A stretch of DNA of 64,000 bases, from NCBI GenBank assembly GCA_041690395.1, contig JAWLHJ010000002.1:324707-388706 (forward strand), given 5' to 3'. Positions within the stretch are counted from its first letter, which is position 1. Each line of letters opens with the position of its first letter. Source of the stretch: Longimicrobiales bacterium (lineage in GTDB: Bacteria; Gemmatimonadota; Gemmatimonadetes; Longimicrobiales; Gaopeijiaceae). The notes below the pieces were generated by a model. That model saw nothing but the letters and a program-made list of their open reading frames with translations. It searched no databases and was not told the origin of the DNA. Of the stretch, positions 20,701 to 29,594 are shown in pieces. Made by a program: the position numbers and the translations under genes.

Positions 20701-20779
20701 TGAACATCGCGCCGAGCGCGAACATTATGGGAACGAGCACGCGGATGAACGGTACCGCGTGCCTGGGGTGCGTATTCAA
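17714..20779 (-). CDS. Secreted BNR/Asp-box (VPS10/sortilin-like) beta-propeller glycosyl-hydrolase-like protein
   Basis: GPSRGGR, repeated S.DGG.TW Asp-boxes, HADNHDLWI, NDGG, QQDN, GGCETG; TTG start at 20779 after GGAGT; signal peptide. Confidence 0.85.
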   Translation of the reverse strand: MNTHPRHAVPFIRVLVPIMFALGAMFTVGDDVAAQESSPDVTGTVTAPAAFDQDAFGGMSYRSVGPSRGGRVTAVAGHASHPSTFYMGSTGGGVWKTTDRGNSWVNISDEYFDESPAVGAIRVAPSNPDILYVGMGSDGIRSNIIRGNGMYRSDDAGTSWRHIGLDNAGQIGRMVVHPSNPDIVWVGAVGNPFGPNPERGLYKTTNGGETWEPKLQIADSVGVYGVVMEPGNPDVLYATTWRGERNPWSIISGMQASGGGGIYKSTDGGESWDKLTNGLPSGLIGKIDLTISDAAPQRVYALVEAPDEERGVYRSDDGGQSWRQMSNQQSLISRPFYFTNIHADPQNPDQLYIGNVRYFRSQDGGATWEMRPSTHADNHDLWINPENPMIQVQGNDGGASVTLDGGDTWSTINNQPTSELYQVDVDSRFPYWLYAGQQDNTTIAVPSLPPSEADLGGHQSWWREIGGCETGPAVPRPDIEPLVVYSNCKGRFGRYSELTGQEQQFYVGVVDMYGVNPAELPYRFQRTVPIEVSPFDPNLVFHGSQFVHRTTNGGRTWETISPDLTAFLPERQVISGAPINRDITGEEHYSTLYSIAASPHSRDEIWSGANDGPVHVTRDGGATWTDVTPPMPAEGRVNDIHVSPHQAGKAYVAAYRYLLDDWQPYLYKTEDYGQTWTHLTPGNNGVASDNPTRVIAEDPDREGLLYLGTERGMFVSFDDGSTWERFQLDLPVTPITGVRVYRQDLVLSTMGRGFYILDNLTPLHQFDATVETADVHLFQPRDAYRMRYNPGSNEPGAPEFPPPGAAIDYMVGDVRSELSLEIIDASGTIVREFRSTLSGNDELPAEPGLNRFIWDLRYPGPDGGGRGPMAVPGQYTVRLHGPSSTREVSLDLRIDPRVEMDGTTVADLREQFEHNIQVRDLITDGRNALRQLDVLEGRENPETVEEQIAEVKAILLPPEDITVYPPRMLIDQINYLYSATMRADQPPGGEAEKRYQELRVQMDDVLQRLQRLSRLVSQDER

Positions 20780-20900
20780 GATGGGACTCCGACTGGTTGG
20801 TTCGGGCGGGTGACACTCCCTTGAATACTGGGACTTGAACGCACGCCCGACAACACCACCGGCGCTGGATCTCAGGGCACTCACGCCCCCGGATCGTACA

Positions 20901-20951
20901 TTGCGACCCGTTCTTCGACGTCTTACACTTCCATAGTCGGTCGTGACCGAC
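20901..20951 (+). promoter_or_regulatory. Putative sigma70 promoter with palindrome at the predicted start site
   Basis: TTGCGA-N17-TACACT (20901-20929) followed by GTCGGTC-GT-GACCGAC (20936-20951). Confidence 0.55.
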
Positions 20952-20988
20952 ACCGTATGTTTTACACCCATGGTTCAGAGGTAGCTCG

Positions 20989-23900
20989 ATGAATATCCCA
21001 CGGATTCTCGGACGATCGACGGTCCTGGCGGCGGCGATCGCCGTCGGCGTGCCATCCGTCGCCCAGGCCCAGCAGTACGACGAGGGGCTGTACGACGCGC
21101 TCGAGTGGAGCAACCTCGGGCCGGCGCGAGGCGGCCGCTCGATCGCGGTGGCCGGGAGCGACAGCCGGCCCAACGAGTACTACTTCGGCGCGACCGGCGG
21201 TGGCCTGTGGAAGACCACGGACGGCGGCGTCACCTGGAACCCGGTGACCGACGGTCAGATCACGACTGCCTCCATCGGCGCCGTGCAGGTCTGCGAGGCC
21301 AACCCCGACGTCGTGTATATCGGCGGTGGCGAGGTCCAGCTTCGCGGAAACGTCCAGCAGGGCGACGGCATCTATCGCTCCGACGACGCCGGCGAGACGT
21401 GGCGGCACATCGGCCTGGAGGCCACGCAGAACACCGGTCGCATCCGCATCCACCCGGACGACTGTGACGTCGCCTGGGTCGCGGCCCTGGGCATGCACTC
21501 GGCGTCGAACCCCGAGCGTGGGGTCTACAAGACCACCGACGGCGGCGAGACCTGGGAGCAGACGCTCTTCGTGAGCGACGAGGCCGGCGCGGTCGACCTC
21601 GTGGTCGACGCCAACGATCCGGACGTGCTCTACGCCTCCATCTGGGAAGTCTGGCGGAAGAGCTGGGCGCTCTCCTCGGGCGGCGACGACTCGGGGCTCT
21701 GGAAGTCCACCGACGGCGGTGAGACGTGGACGGACATCACCGACAACCTCGGGCTCGAGCCCCGTAACCCGGTCGGCAAGATCGGCGTCGCGGTCTCCCC
21801 CGCGAATTCCCAGCGCGTCTGGGCCATCGTCGAGCACCAGCCCATGGGCGGCGTCTACCGCTCGGACGACGGGGGCGCGACGTGGGAATACGTCAACGAC
21901 GACCCCAACCTCAGGCAGCGCGCGTTCTACTACACGCGGATCTATGCCGACCCGCAGGACGAGGACAAGATCTACGGGGTGAACGTCGGCTTCTACCGGT
22001 CGGACGACGGCGGCGAGAACTTCGACAACCGGATCAGCGTGCCGCACGGCGACAACCACGACCTGTGGATCTCGCCGAGCAACCCCGACCGGATGATCAA
22101 CGCCAACGACGGGGGCGCGAACGTCTCCATCAACGGCGGCGAGACCTGGACCGGCCAGCAGTATCCGACGGCCCAGTTCTACCGGGTCGTCACGACGGAG
22201 CACGAGCCGTATCACATCTGCGGCGCGCAGCAGGACAACTCGACGGCGTGCATGCCTTCGGGGAACTGGGACCACCTCTCTGCGGCCCCCGGCGACTACT
22301 TCTACGCGGTCGGCGGATGCGAGAGCGGCTACATCGCCCCGCACCCCGTCGACACCGACATCTTCTACGCGGGTTGTTACGGCGGTGCGCTTACCCGCTA
22401 CGACCACGCGACCGGCATCACGCGGGCCGTGAACGTCTGGCCCGAGAACCCGATGGGCCACGCTCCGGAGTCGATCCGGGAGCGGGTGCAGTGGACCTTC
22501 CCCATCGTGTTCGACCGGCTCGATCCGAACATCGTCTACACGGGGACCCACAAGGTCTGGAGGACGGACACCGAGGGTCAGAGCTGGGACGAGATCAGCC
22601 CCGACCTGACTCGGGCCATCGACTCGACCATGACCGCTTCCGGCGGGCCGATCACGAAGGACGAGACCGGTGTGGAGACGTTCGCCACTGTGTTCGCGAT
22701 CGCTCCGTCTTACCACGATCCGAACGTGATCTGGGCGGGCTCGGACGATGGTTGGGTCTGGGTCACCCGGGATGGACGGGCCGCGGACCCGACCTGGGAG
22801 AACGTCACCCCGCCGGACGCGCCGTACCTCGTCCGCATCAACACCATCGAGGCGTCGCCGACCACGCCCGGCAAGGCCTATGTCGCCGGCATCCGATACC
22901 TCGTGGAGAACGACCGCTCGCCCTACGTCTGGAAGACCGAGGATTACGGCCAGACCTGGACGAAGATCGTGAACGGCATCCCCGAGGACGACTTCATTCG
23001 CGCGGTCCGGGAAGATCCGAACGTGCCCGGGATGCTCTACGCGGCGTCGGAGCGCACGGTCTACGTGTCGTGGAACGACGGCGAGAGCTGGCAGCCGCTG
23101 GATCTCAACCTGCCCACGGTCCAGGTGAGCGACCTGGCGGTCGAAGATCACGACCTGGTCATCGGCACGCACGGTCGTTCGTTCTGGGTGATGCGCGACA
23201 TCGACGTGCTGCGTCAGCTGACCCCCGAGGTCACCGAGTCGGACTTCTGGCTGTTCGACCCGCGCGACCCGATCCGCGGCTTCGACCGCGGCGGCGTGCG
23301 GGTGTACTACCACCTGGCCGAGGAGGCAGAGGAGCTCACGCTCGACTTCCTGGACATGGAGGGCAACCTGGTCACGTCGTTCGCGTCGAGCGCGGCCGAC
23401 GAGGAAGAGGAAGGCGAGGAGGCCGGGAACGGCCCGCCCAGGGAAGCCGGCTCGCACACCTTCTCGTGGAACATGCGCGACCAGGCGTGGACCGACTTCG
23501 AGGGCAGGATCTTCTGGGCGGCCGGCCCCATCGGACCGGCCCTCCTGCCGGGACCGTACCAGGTGCGCCTGACGGTCGACGGCGAGAGCCAGACCCGGGA
23601 CTTCGAGATCCGCATGAACCCGCGCTCGGTCGAGGAAGGCGTGACGATGGCCGACCTGGAGCAGCGGTTCGAGTTCGCGATGCAGCTCCGCGACCGGGTA
23701 TCGGAGGCGAACGACGCGGTCATTCAGATCCGTGACCTCCAGACCGAGATCCAGGACCGGATGAACCGCACGGAGCGCCCCTCCACCGAGGAGCTCGCCC
23801 AGCTGATCCGGGAGAGCCTCGCGGAGGTCGAGGAGGCGATCTACCAGACGCGCTCGCGCTCCGGCCAGGATCCGCTGAACTACCCGATCCGGCTGAACAA

Positions 23901-24108
23901 CAAGCTGGCGGCCCTGCTCAACCTCGTGGAGGGCAGCGAGAACCGCCCGACCGACCAGTCGTACGACGTCTACGAGGTCCTCTCGGAGGAGCTCCAGGTC
24001 GAGCTCGACGATCTGACCGTGATCATCGAAGAGGACATCGCGCGCCTCAACCAGCTCCTCCAGGAGGAAGGGCTCCCGACGATCAATGCCGGGCGGCTCG
24101 TGAGCTGA
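20989..24108 (+). CDS. Secreted BNR/Asp-box (VPS10/sortilin-like) beta-propeller glycosyl-hydrolase-like protein, paralog
   Basis: Signal peptide ending AQA-Q, GPARGGR, GGLWKTTDGG, HGDNHDLWI, NDGGA, QQDNST, GGCESG, C-terminal coiled coil. Confidence 0.88.
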   Translation: MNIPRILGRSTVLAAAIAVGVPSVAQAQQYDEGLYDALEWSNLGPARGGRSIAVAGSDSRPNEYYFGATGGGLWKTTDGGVTWNPVTDGQITTASIGAVQVCEANPDVVYIGGGEVQLRGNVQQGDGIYRSDDAGETWRHIGLEATQNTGRIRIHPDDCDVAWVAALGMHSASNPERGVYKTTDGGETWEQTLFVSDEAGAVDLVVDANDPDVLYASIWEVWRKSWALSSGGDDSGLWKSTDGGETWTDITDNLGLEPRNPVGKIGVAVSPANSQRVWAIVEHQPMGGVYRSDDGGATWEYVNDDPNLRQRAFYYTRIYADPQDEDKIYGVNVGFYRSDDGGENFDNRISVPHGDNHDLWISPSNPDRMINANDGGANVSINGGETWTGQQYPTAQFYRVVTTEHEPYHICGAQQDNSTACMPSGNWDHLSAAPGDYFYAVGGCESGYIAPHPVDTDIFYAGCYGGALTRYDHATGITRAVNVWPENPMGHAPESIRERVQWTFPIVFDRLDPNIVYTGTHKVWRTDTEGQSWDEISPDLTRAIDSTMTASGGPITKDETGVETFATVFAIAPSYHDPNVIWAGSDDGWVWVTRDGRAADPTWENVTPPDAPYLVRINTIEASPTTPGKAYVAGIRYLVENDRSPYVWKTEDYGQTWTKIVNGIPEDDFIRAVREDPNVPGMLYAASERTVYVSWNDGESWQPLDLNLPTVQVSDLAVEDHDLVIGTHGRSFWVMRDIDVLRQLTPEVTESDFWLFDPRDPIRGFDRGGVRVYYHLAEEAEELTLDFLDMEGNLVTSFASSAADEEEEGEEAGNGPPREAGSHTFSWNMRDQAWTDFEGRIFWAAGPIGPALLPGPYQVRLTVDGESQTRDFEIRMNPRSVEEGVTMADLEQRFEFAMQLRDRVSEANDAVIQIRDLQTEIQDRMNRTERPSTEELAQLIRESLAEVEEAIYQTRSRSGQDPLNYPIRLNNKLAALLNLVEGSENRPTDQSYDVYEVLSEELQVELDDLTVIIEEDIARLNQLLQEEGLPTINAGRLVS

Positions 24109-24155
24109 CGACCACGGACGGTCGCTGAGCACGAGCGACCAGGGCAGAACGACGA

Positions 24156-24192
24156 GCGGGGGTGGCCGGGCCGGCCGCCCCCGCTTCGTATT
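24156..24192 (+). terminator. Probable intrinsic terminator
   Basis: GCGGGGGTGGCC / GGCCGCCCCCGC stem followed by TTCGTATT. Confidence 0.6.
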
Positions 24193-24270
24193 GGTTGCAC
24201 CCACGGGTCGAGGACGGCATCGTGACCCCCGTCGACGCCGGATGCCCGGCCGTCCCCCTCAGGAACCCAC

Positions 24271-25233
24271 ATGACACCGAGCGACGAGACCTTCACGACG
24301 AGACTGCGCGGACGGGACCCGGACCTCTCCCGCGAGGTCCTCGAGGATCTCTACCGATATCCCCGGAAGAGCCCACTCGTCGCCTGGGCGCTCTGGGTCA
24401 CGACCGGTTTTCTCGGCGGGCACCGTTTCTATCTGGATCGGACGGTCTCCGGGGTCGTCATGCTCTTCACCAGCGGCGGACTCTTCGTCTGGTGGCTCTC
24501 TGACGCGCTCCGGCTGAGCGCGATGGTCGACACGTTCAACGAGGAGCAGGCGCGGCGCGAGAGGCTCGGGCTCCCTCCCACGGCCCTCGCGTTCATGCCG
24601 TCGCTCGACACGCACATCCTGCGCGGACCACCCGTCTGGGCCGAACGTCGAGGGGGCCGCTTCAGGGCCCTGGGCGACGCGTTCGTCCTCCTCTTCGCCG
24701 GGACGGCGCTCGGAGCGGTGAGCCGGTCGACCGGCAACTACGAAGGGATGTTCGCGATTCTCGTGCTCATCGCGGTGACCAACCTCGGAGCGCGCTGGGA
24801 GGCGCTGGCACGCCGCCCCGGGCTTCGGGCGCTAGACCGCTGGAGCCATCGCCTGAGGCTCTACTACTACGTCAACGATCCAGGGTCTCCCCTGGCGCTG
24901 CTGTTCCGCCCCATCGTGGGCACGATGTCCGCCTTCTTCCGCAAGCGCGCCCGCGCCGAAGCCAACATCTACCTTCAGCTCGGGGCGGTCTTCGTGCTGG
25001 GCTTCACGCTGATCGACCTGGCGCAGGCGGTCGCCGAGTCCGGTGGGACGCTCAGGGGGTCGATGCGGGCGCTGGCCACCGAGATGGGCTGGACCTTCAT
25101 GATCATCTACGCGTTCGCCTCACCCATCGGAGCGACGCTCACCACCCACGTGCTCCTCGACCGTTCAGACCGCACGCTCTGGGTCCTGAGCGGCATCGCG
25201 CTGGCGTCGCTCGCCCTGGGCTTGCTGTCGTAG
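24271..25233 (+). CDS. TM2 (NINE) domain membrane protein
   Basis: KSPLVAWALW...GFLGGHRFYL TM2 motif plus additional TM helices. Confidence 0.75.
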   Translation: MTPSDETFTTRLRGRDPDLSREVLEDLYRYPRKSPLVAWALWVTTGFLGGHRFYLDRTVSGVVMLFTSGGLFVWWLSDALRLSAMVDTFNEEQARRERLGLPPTALAFMPSLDTHILRGPPVWAERRGGRFRALGDAFVLLFAGTALGAVSRSTGNYEGMFAILVLIAVTNLGARWEALARRPGLRALDRWSHRLRLYYYVNDPGSPLALLFRPIVGTMSAFFRKRARAEANIYLQLGAVFVLGFTLIDLAQAVAESGGTLRGSMRALATEMGWTFMIIYAFASPIGATLTTHVLLDRSDRTLWVLSGIALASLALGLLS

Positions 25234-25341
25234 CGAGGCGGTCCCGCGTACGTAGAGATTCGTACATTCCCCGCCACCGTCCCTGGACAACTTCCTTCCG
25301 AAGCCCCGGTCTCGTTCGCAGACCCGCACCCGGGAGGACCC

Positions 25342-26985
25342 ATGGACGCATGTCACTCGACCGAACGACCGTCGAACCGGGCGGTCGACCACGACCCACG
25401 TGCTCGAGGGCTCAGGAGCCTCCGTCTCGGCATGGCGGTCGCCACCCTCTCGGGGTTGGCCCTGCTCGCCGCCTGTAGACCTCCGGGGCGGGTTCCGGTG
25501 CTGGTCGAGCCGGGCTCACCCGTGGGTCCGACGGGGACCGAGGGGCCACTGAAGGCCCACCTCCATTCCGGTGACCTGCTCGTCCTCGACCGGTGGCAAC
25601 TCGACGGCGACTCGGCCGTACGGGGCGAAGGAACCAGGTACGACCCGGACAGAAACGAACGGGAAGGGAGCACGGAGCACCGTCTCGCCATCGACTCCGT
25701 CGCGCTCTTCGAGACGAGCGTCCGCCAGGACTCGGACGGAACCTATACCGTCGGCACGGTCCCGCTCGTGACCCTGTCCGTGCTCTCGGCCGCGGTGACG
25801 GGGATCTGCCTGGCCGATCCGAAAGCGTGCTTCGGCTCGTGCCCGACCTTCTACGTCGAGCAGGACGGCCAGGAGCGCCTCGTCGCCGAAGGCTTCTCGT
25901 CGAGTGTGGCCCGCGTGCTCGAAGCTGGTGACGTCGATGCCCTGGCCGGCGTCACCGGACGCCCCGGCCCCCTCCGGATCCGGATGCGTAACGAAGCTCT
26001 CGAGACCCACGCGGTGCGGTCCCTCGGGGTCCTGGCCGTGCCGACGCCTCAGGCGGGCGATGTCGCGGTCACCACGACCGGGTCCTTCCATCACATCGGC
26101 GACGTTCGGCCGCCGGCGGTGTGCCACGCCCCCGAGGGCGACTGCCGCGCCGACGTGGCCGTGCGCGACGGGGTCGAACGGAGATCCTGGACGGACTCCC
26201 TCGACCTGGCCGCACGCGAGACCCTGGAGCTGGAGTTCCCGGCATCCGAAGGGCCGCAGGCACTCGTCCTCAGCGCCCGTCACACTTTCGTCTCGACCTT
26301 CCTCTTCTATCAGACCCTCGCTTATCTCGGCCGGAACGCCGCTCCGCTCATCGCCGAGCTGGAGCGTGGGGACGAGGCGCTCCGCGACGCCGTCGTGGGT
26401 CCGATGCGCGCCCTCGGCGGGCTACGGGTTCAGGTCGCCGATGCCGAAGGCCGGTGGATCACGGCCCACACCTTCGAGGAGGCGGGGCCGCTCGCGACCG
26501 ACCGACAAGCCGTGCCGCTCCCGTCGCACACCGGTGCCGGACCCGTGAGGGTTCGACTCGACATGGTCGAAGGATACTGGCGGCTCGACGAGGTCACGCT
26601 CGCGACGCTCGGGGAGCCCGTGAAGCCCATTCGCATCGAGCCGACGAGCGTGCGGCGCTACGGTGACGCGCGCCCCGACGCGGAGGCCATGCGCAAGCTC
26701 GACGACTCCGGGACCCACCTGGTGACCCAGCCGGGAGATGAGCTGGAGATCACCTTCGACATCCCACCGGACGCCGACCGATACACCCTCTTCCTCGAGA
26801 GCGAGGGCTACTACTACGAGTGGATGCGCCAGGAGTGGCTGGAGGAGGAAGACCCGGTCGCCGCCGCGCTGATGCTCACCCGGCCCGACGTCATGTTCCG
26901 CCGCCTCGCTCCCGAGTTCAAGGAGCGGGAGGCGCGCATGGAAGAAATCTTCTGGAACACCCGCATCGGGAGGCGGCTCCCATGA
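25342..26985 (+). CDS. Hypothetical lipoprotein with CxxxxxxCFGSCP motif
   Basis: Lipobox LAAC, hydrophobic segment followed by CLADPKACFGSCPTFY, NEALETH, GYYYEW; start may be the ATG at 25432. Confidence 0.65.
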   Translation: MDACHSTERPSNRAVDHDPRARGLRSLRLGMAVATLSGLALLAACRPPGRVPVLVEPGSPVGPTGTEGPLKAHLHSGDLLVLDRWQLDGDSAVRGEGTRYDPDRNEREGSTEHRLAIDSVALFETSVRQDSDGTYTVGTVPLVTLSVLSAAVTGICLADPKACFGSCPTFYVEQDGQERLVAEGFSSSVARVLEAGDVDALAGVTGRPGPLRIRMRNEALETHAVRSLGVLAVPTPQAGDVAVTTTGSFHHIGDVRPPAVCHAPEGDCRADVAVRDGVERRSWTDSLDLAARETLELEFPASEGPQALVLSARHTFVSTFLFYQTLAYLGRNAAPLIAELERGDEALRDAVVGPMRALGGLRVQVADAEGRWITAHTFEEAGPLATDRQAVPLPSHTGAGPVRVRLDMVEGYWRLDEVTLATLGEPVKPIRIEPTSVRRYGDARPDAEAMRKLDDSGTHLVTQPGDELEITFDIPPDADRYTLFLESEGYYYEWMRQEWLEEEDPVAAALMLTRPDVMFRRLAPEFKEREARMEEIFWNTRIGRRLP

Positions 26986-27494
26986 AGACGATCCTGTTGG
27001 CTGGCATGCTGCTCACCCCCGCTTCGATGATCACGGGCCCGCACCCAGTCGAGGCGCAGAGCCCGGAACGGCGCATCCACGGCGCGAGTGTCGAACTCCG
27101 CGACGAGGTGGGTCGTCCCCTGGCCCAGGGTGAACTCCTCGCCTTCGCCCGCGACACGCTCTGGCTCCTCCCCTCGCCCGACACGCTGCCCGTACCCTAC
27201 ACGGCGGACACGTTCAACCAGGTCCGCGTTCGGGCCTTCGACAGCGCCAACACGTGGGTCTGGTCCCTCGTCGGATGGGGCGTCACCTCGGTCGGGCTCT
27301 CGGCAGCCTGCGCCAGCTACGGTGGTGGCGGGTGCGGCGGCGTACCCGCCGTCATCGCGATTCCATGGGGCCTGATCGGGGGGCTCGCGGTGGGTCTCCG
27401 CGAGTCGCGGCGATGGCGGGTGATGCGTCAACCCACCTCCCGCCATCTCGCACCGTACGCGCGCTTCCCGCAGGGTCGGCCCGGCGGCGGCTGA
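26982..27494 (+). CDS. Hypothetical exported protein with Gly-rich hydrophobic hairpin
   Basis: ATGA overlap with upstream stop; signal peptide MKTILLAG...AEA-like cleavage; two hydrophobic segments with paired Cys; ends YARFPQG. Confidence 0.65.
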   Translation: MKTILLAGMLLTPASMITGPHPVEAQSPERRIHGASVELRDEVGRPLAQGELLAFARDTLWLLPSPDTLPVPYTADTFNQVRVRAFDSANTWVWSLVGWGVTSVGLSAACASYGGGGCGGVPAVIAIPWGLIGGLAVGLRESRRWRVMRQPTSRHLAPYARFPQGRPGGG

Positions 27495-27498
27495 GGCG

Positions 27499-28530
27499 TC
27501 AGCCGCCGGACATCTCGTCGTACACGATCCCCAGGTTCTGCGGGAGCATGCGCTCCGCGGCGTCGAGGGCCACGAGGTCGGCCGGGGCGAGCGCGACCAC
27601 CTCGTCGCGTGAGCGTTCCTCCCGGATCGCCGTGCCGACGAGCTCCTGGAGCCGCTCGAAGTAGGCCTTCTGCGCCGCCAGCCCCTCGCGATCGGTGAGC
27701 TCCCCGTGCCCCGGGATGACGACCGTGCTCGCGTTGCACAGCGCGAGCATGGCGTCGACACACCGGATCCAGCCGGCCGGCGTCGCGCCCGACGAGGCAT
27801 CGACGAACGGATGCCTTCCATGGAAGAGGAGGTCGCCACAATGGAGCACGTTCTCTTCCGCGACGAAAACGAACGCGTCGCCGTCCGTATGGCCGCGGCT
27901 GGCCCACCGCAGCTCCACCGGGTGCCCGTCGATCGAGATCTCGTGCTCGGACTGGAACGTCTCGGTCGGGGCGAACGACGCCGGTGTCAGGTCGTCGACG
28001 GCCGCGAGCGTCGCTTCGACGTCGGCGATGGCCGAGGGCGGGGCGCCCTGCTCCCTGAGCTGCGCGATGGTCCGGGGGAGCACCTCGCGCGCCCGACCGA
28101 GGTTCGCCTCGGCGGTGGCGAGGATCCGCGGACGGGCGTTGGCGTGCGCCACCCGCGCCAGGTCGGTGAACCCGTCGTTCCCGCCGGAGTGGTCGCCGTG
28201 GTGGTGCGTGTTCACGAAATGGGTGAGGCGCATACCACCGGTCTGGACCTCCCGGCGAAGGATCCTCCCCAGACCGAAGTTTTTCCCGTCGCTCTGAACG
28301 CCGGCATCTCCCCGGCCGTAGAAGAGCGTGTTGCCACCGCCACCCATGGCGACGCGGACGCTCCGCCCGATGGAGTGCCATTGGAAGTGGGGCGCCTGGA
28401 GCCGGGAGGCGTCCGCGCCGAAGAGGGCGTCGAGCAGGGGGTCGCCCGTCGCTCGGGCCGACCGGGGGAGCACGAGACCGGCGGCGGCGCCGGCCAGAAT
28501 GGAAGCGAAGTCGCGGCGGGAAAGGCTCAT
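27499..28530 (-). CDS. Tat-exported MBL-fold metallo-hydrolase (cyclase-like)
   Basis: SRRDFA Tat motif; THHHGDHSGGN, GHTDGD, GDLLF, PGHG. Confidence 0.88.
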   Translation of the reverse strand: MSLSRRDFASILAGAAAGLVLPRSARATGDPLLDALFGADASRLQAPHFQWHSIGRSVRVAMGGGGNTLFYGRGDAGVQSDGKNFGLGRILRREVQTGGMRLTHFVNTHHHGDHSGGNDGFTDLARVAHANARPRILATAEANLGRAREVLPRTIAQLREQGAPPSAIADVEATLAAVDDLTPASFAPTETFQSEHEISIDGHPVELRWASRGHTDGDAFVFVAEENVLHCGDLLFHGRHPFVDASSGATPAGWIRCVDAMLALCNASTVVIPGHGELTDREGLAAQKAYFERLQELVGTAIREERSRDEVVALAPADLVALDAAERMLPQNLGIVYDEMSGG

Positions 28531-28592
28531 GGGGCGTACCGGAAGCGGGTGGAGTGGATCTCCGGGAATCTGGCCGGCGGATCCCGGGCGCG

Positions 28593-29114
28593 CTACTCCT
28601 CGCCATCCTCGCCGTGGATCGCCCGCGTGAGCGCCGGCACGATACCCTGGAGCCGCGCGTAGAGGGCGGCCTGCCCTCGATGGTACTCCTCGTGCGCGAT
28701 CCCGTGGTGCATCCAGGAGAGTCGAGTCGACAGCTCGCCGTCGAACTGCCGGATCTGCTGGAGCATGTGGACTTCTCCCGCATCCCGAAGCCGGTCCAGC
28801 CCGTCCTCGAGCGTCCGCTCGAGCAGCGCCCTCAGCTCGGCGGGCGTGTCGACGGGAGACAGATGGGCGGTGTGCTCCGCCAGGAGCTCGGGGTACGGCT
28901 TCCGGGTGAAGTCGCCGTCGGGCCGGGAAAGCTCGCCGGTCATCATGCAGCCCGACTCCACCACGTGCCAGAGGAGATCCCGGTAGCTGCGTGAGCTGGG
29001 CGTGGGGCGGAAGTCGTAGCCGTCGTCCGGGACCACTTCCGCCTCGGCGATCAAGCTGCGCCGCGCGTAATCCCACGCCGTCAGGGCTTCGTCGAAGAGA
29101 GTCCGGCCCGCCAC
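28593..29114 (-). CDS. DinB family protein
   Basis: YDFRPT...RS..DLLWHV and HEEYHRGQ...Y.RL.G.VP His motifs. Confidence 0.85.
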   Translation of the reverse strand: MAGRTLFDEALTAWDYARRSLIAEAEVVPDDGYDFRPTPSSRSYRDLLWHVVESGCMMTGELSRPDGDFTRKPYPELLAEHTAHLSPVDTPAELRALLERTLEDGLDRLRDAGEVHMLQQIRQFDGELSTRLSWMHHGIAHEEYHRGQAALYARLQGIVPALTRAIHGEDGEE

Positions 29115-29581
29115 TACACGGTCTCCGCCAGGCGCGCGACCACCGGGCTCACGAGCCGCTCGAAGTCCGAGTACGAGAGCTTCATGAGCTCCGTGTGCGT
29201 GCCCGCGTTGAATGCGATCTGCTCGTCCTCACGGAGGTGCTCGTCCACGAAGACCGTCAGGCCCCAGAGGTTGCCGAACGGAGGCATCGCGCCGAGCTCG
29301 CAGTTGGGGAACAGCCCCGAGAACTCGTCCTCGGAAGCCAACCCGACGTCACGGGCGCCGGTCACTCCCTTCAGCCGTTCCACGTCGACCCGCTCCGTCG
29401 CCGGCAGCACCACCATGGCGAGGTCGCCGTCCAGCTTGACCATGACCGTCTTGGCCAGCTCCTTGCCCGGCACGTGCGCCGCGGCCGCGACCTCCTGGGC
29501 CGTGAACGCCTGGGAGTGCGAGGTCGTCACGAACTTCACGCCGTTCTCGTCGAGGAACTTCTTCAGTCGTTCGATCGGCAT
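29114..29581 (-). CDS. YbaK/EbsC-like aminoacyl-tRNA deacylase family protein
   Basis: H....TAQE.A, LAKTVMV, FPNCELGAMPPFG, FNAGTH. Confidence 0.9.
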   Translation of the reverse strand: MPIERLKKFLDENGVKFVTTSHSQAFTAQEVAAAAHVPGKELAKTVMVKLDGDLAMVVLPATERVDVERLKGVTGARDVGLASEDEFSGLFPNCELGAMPPFGNLWGLTVFVDEHLREDEQIAFNAGTHTELMKLSYSDFERLVSPVVARLAETV

Positions 29582-29594
29582 GGGTCACCTCCCT

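Noticed and set aside
18038..24204. Very long antisense ORFs (18038-20824 +, 20962-24204 -) and similar ones at 12859-15522, 6980-9136 and 51754-53469
   Set aside because: Shadow ORFs produced by strong GC3 codon bias opposite well-supported genes; no recognisable motifs.
28531..29076. Apparent long N-terminal extension of the MBL hydrolase
   Set aside because: Off-frame overlap with the DinB gene; the Tat leader starts at 28530.
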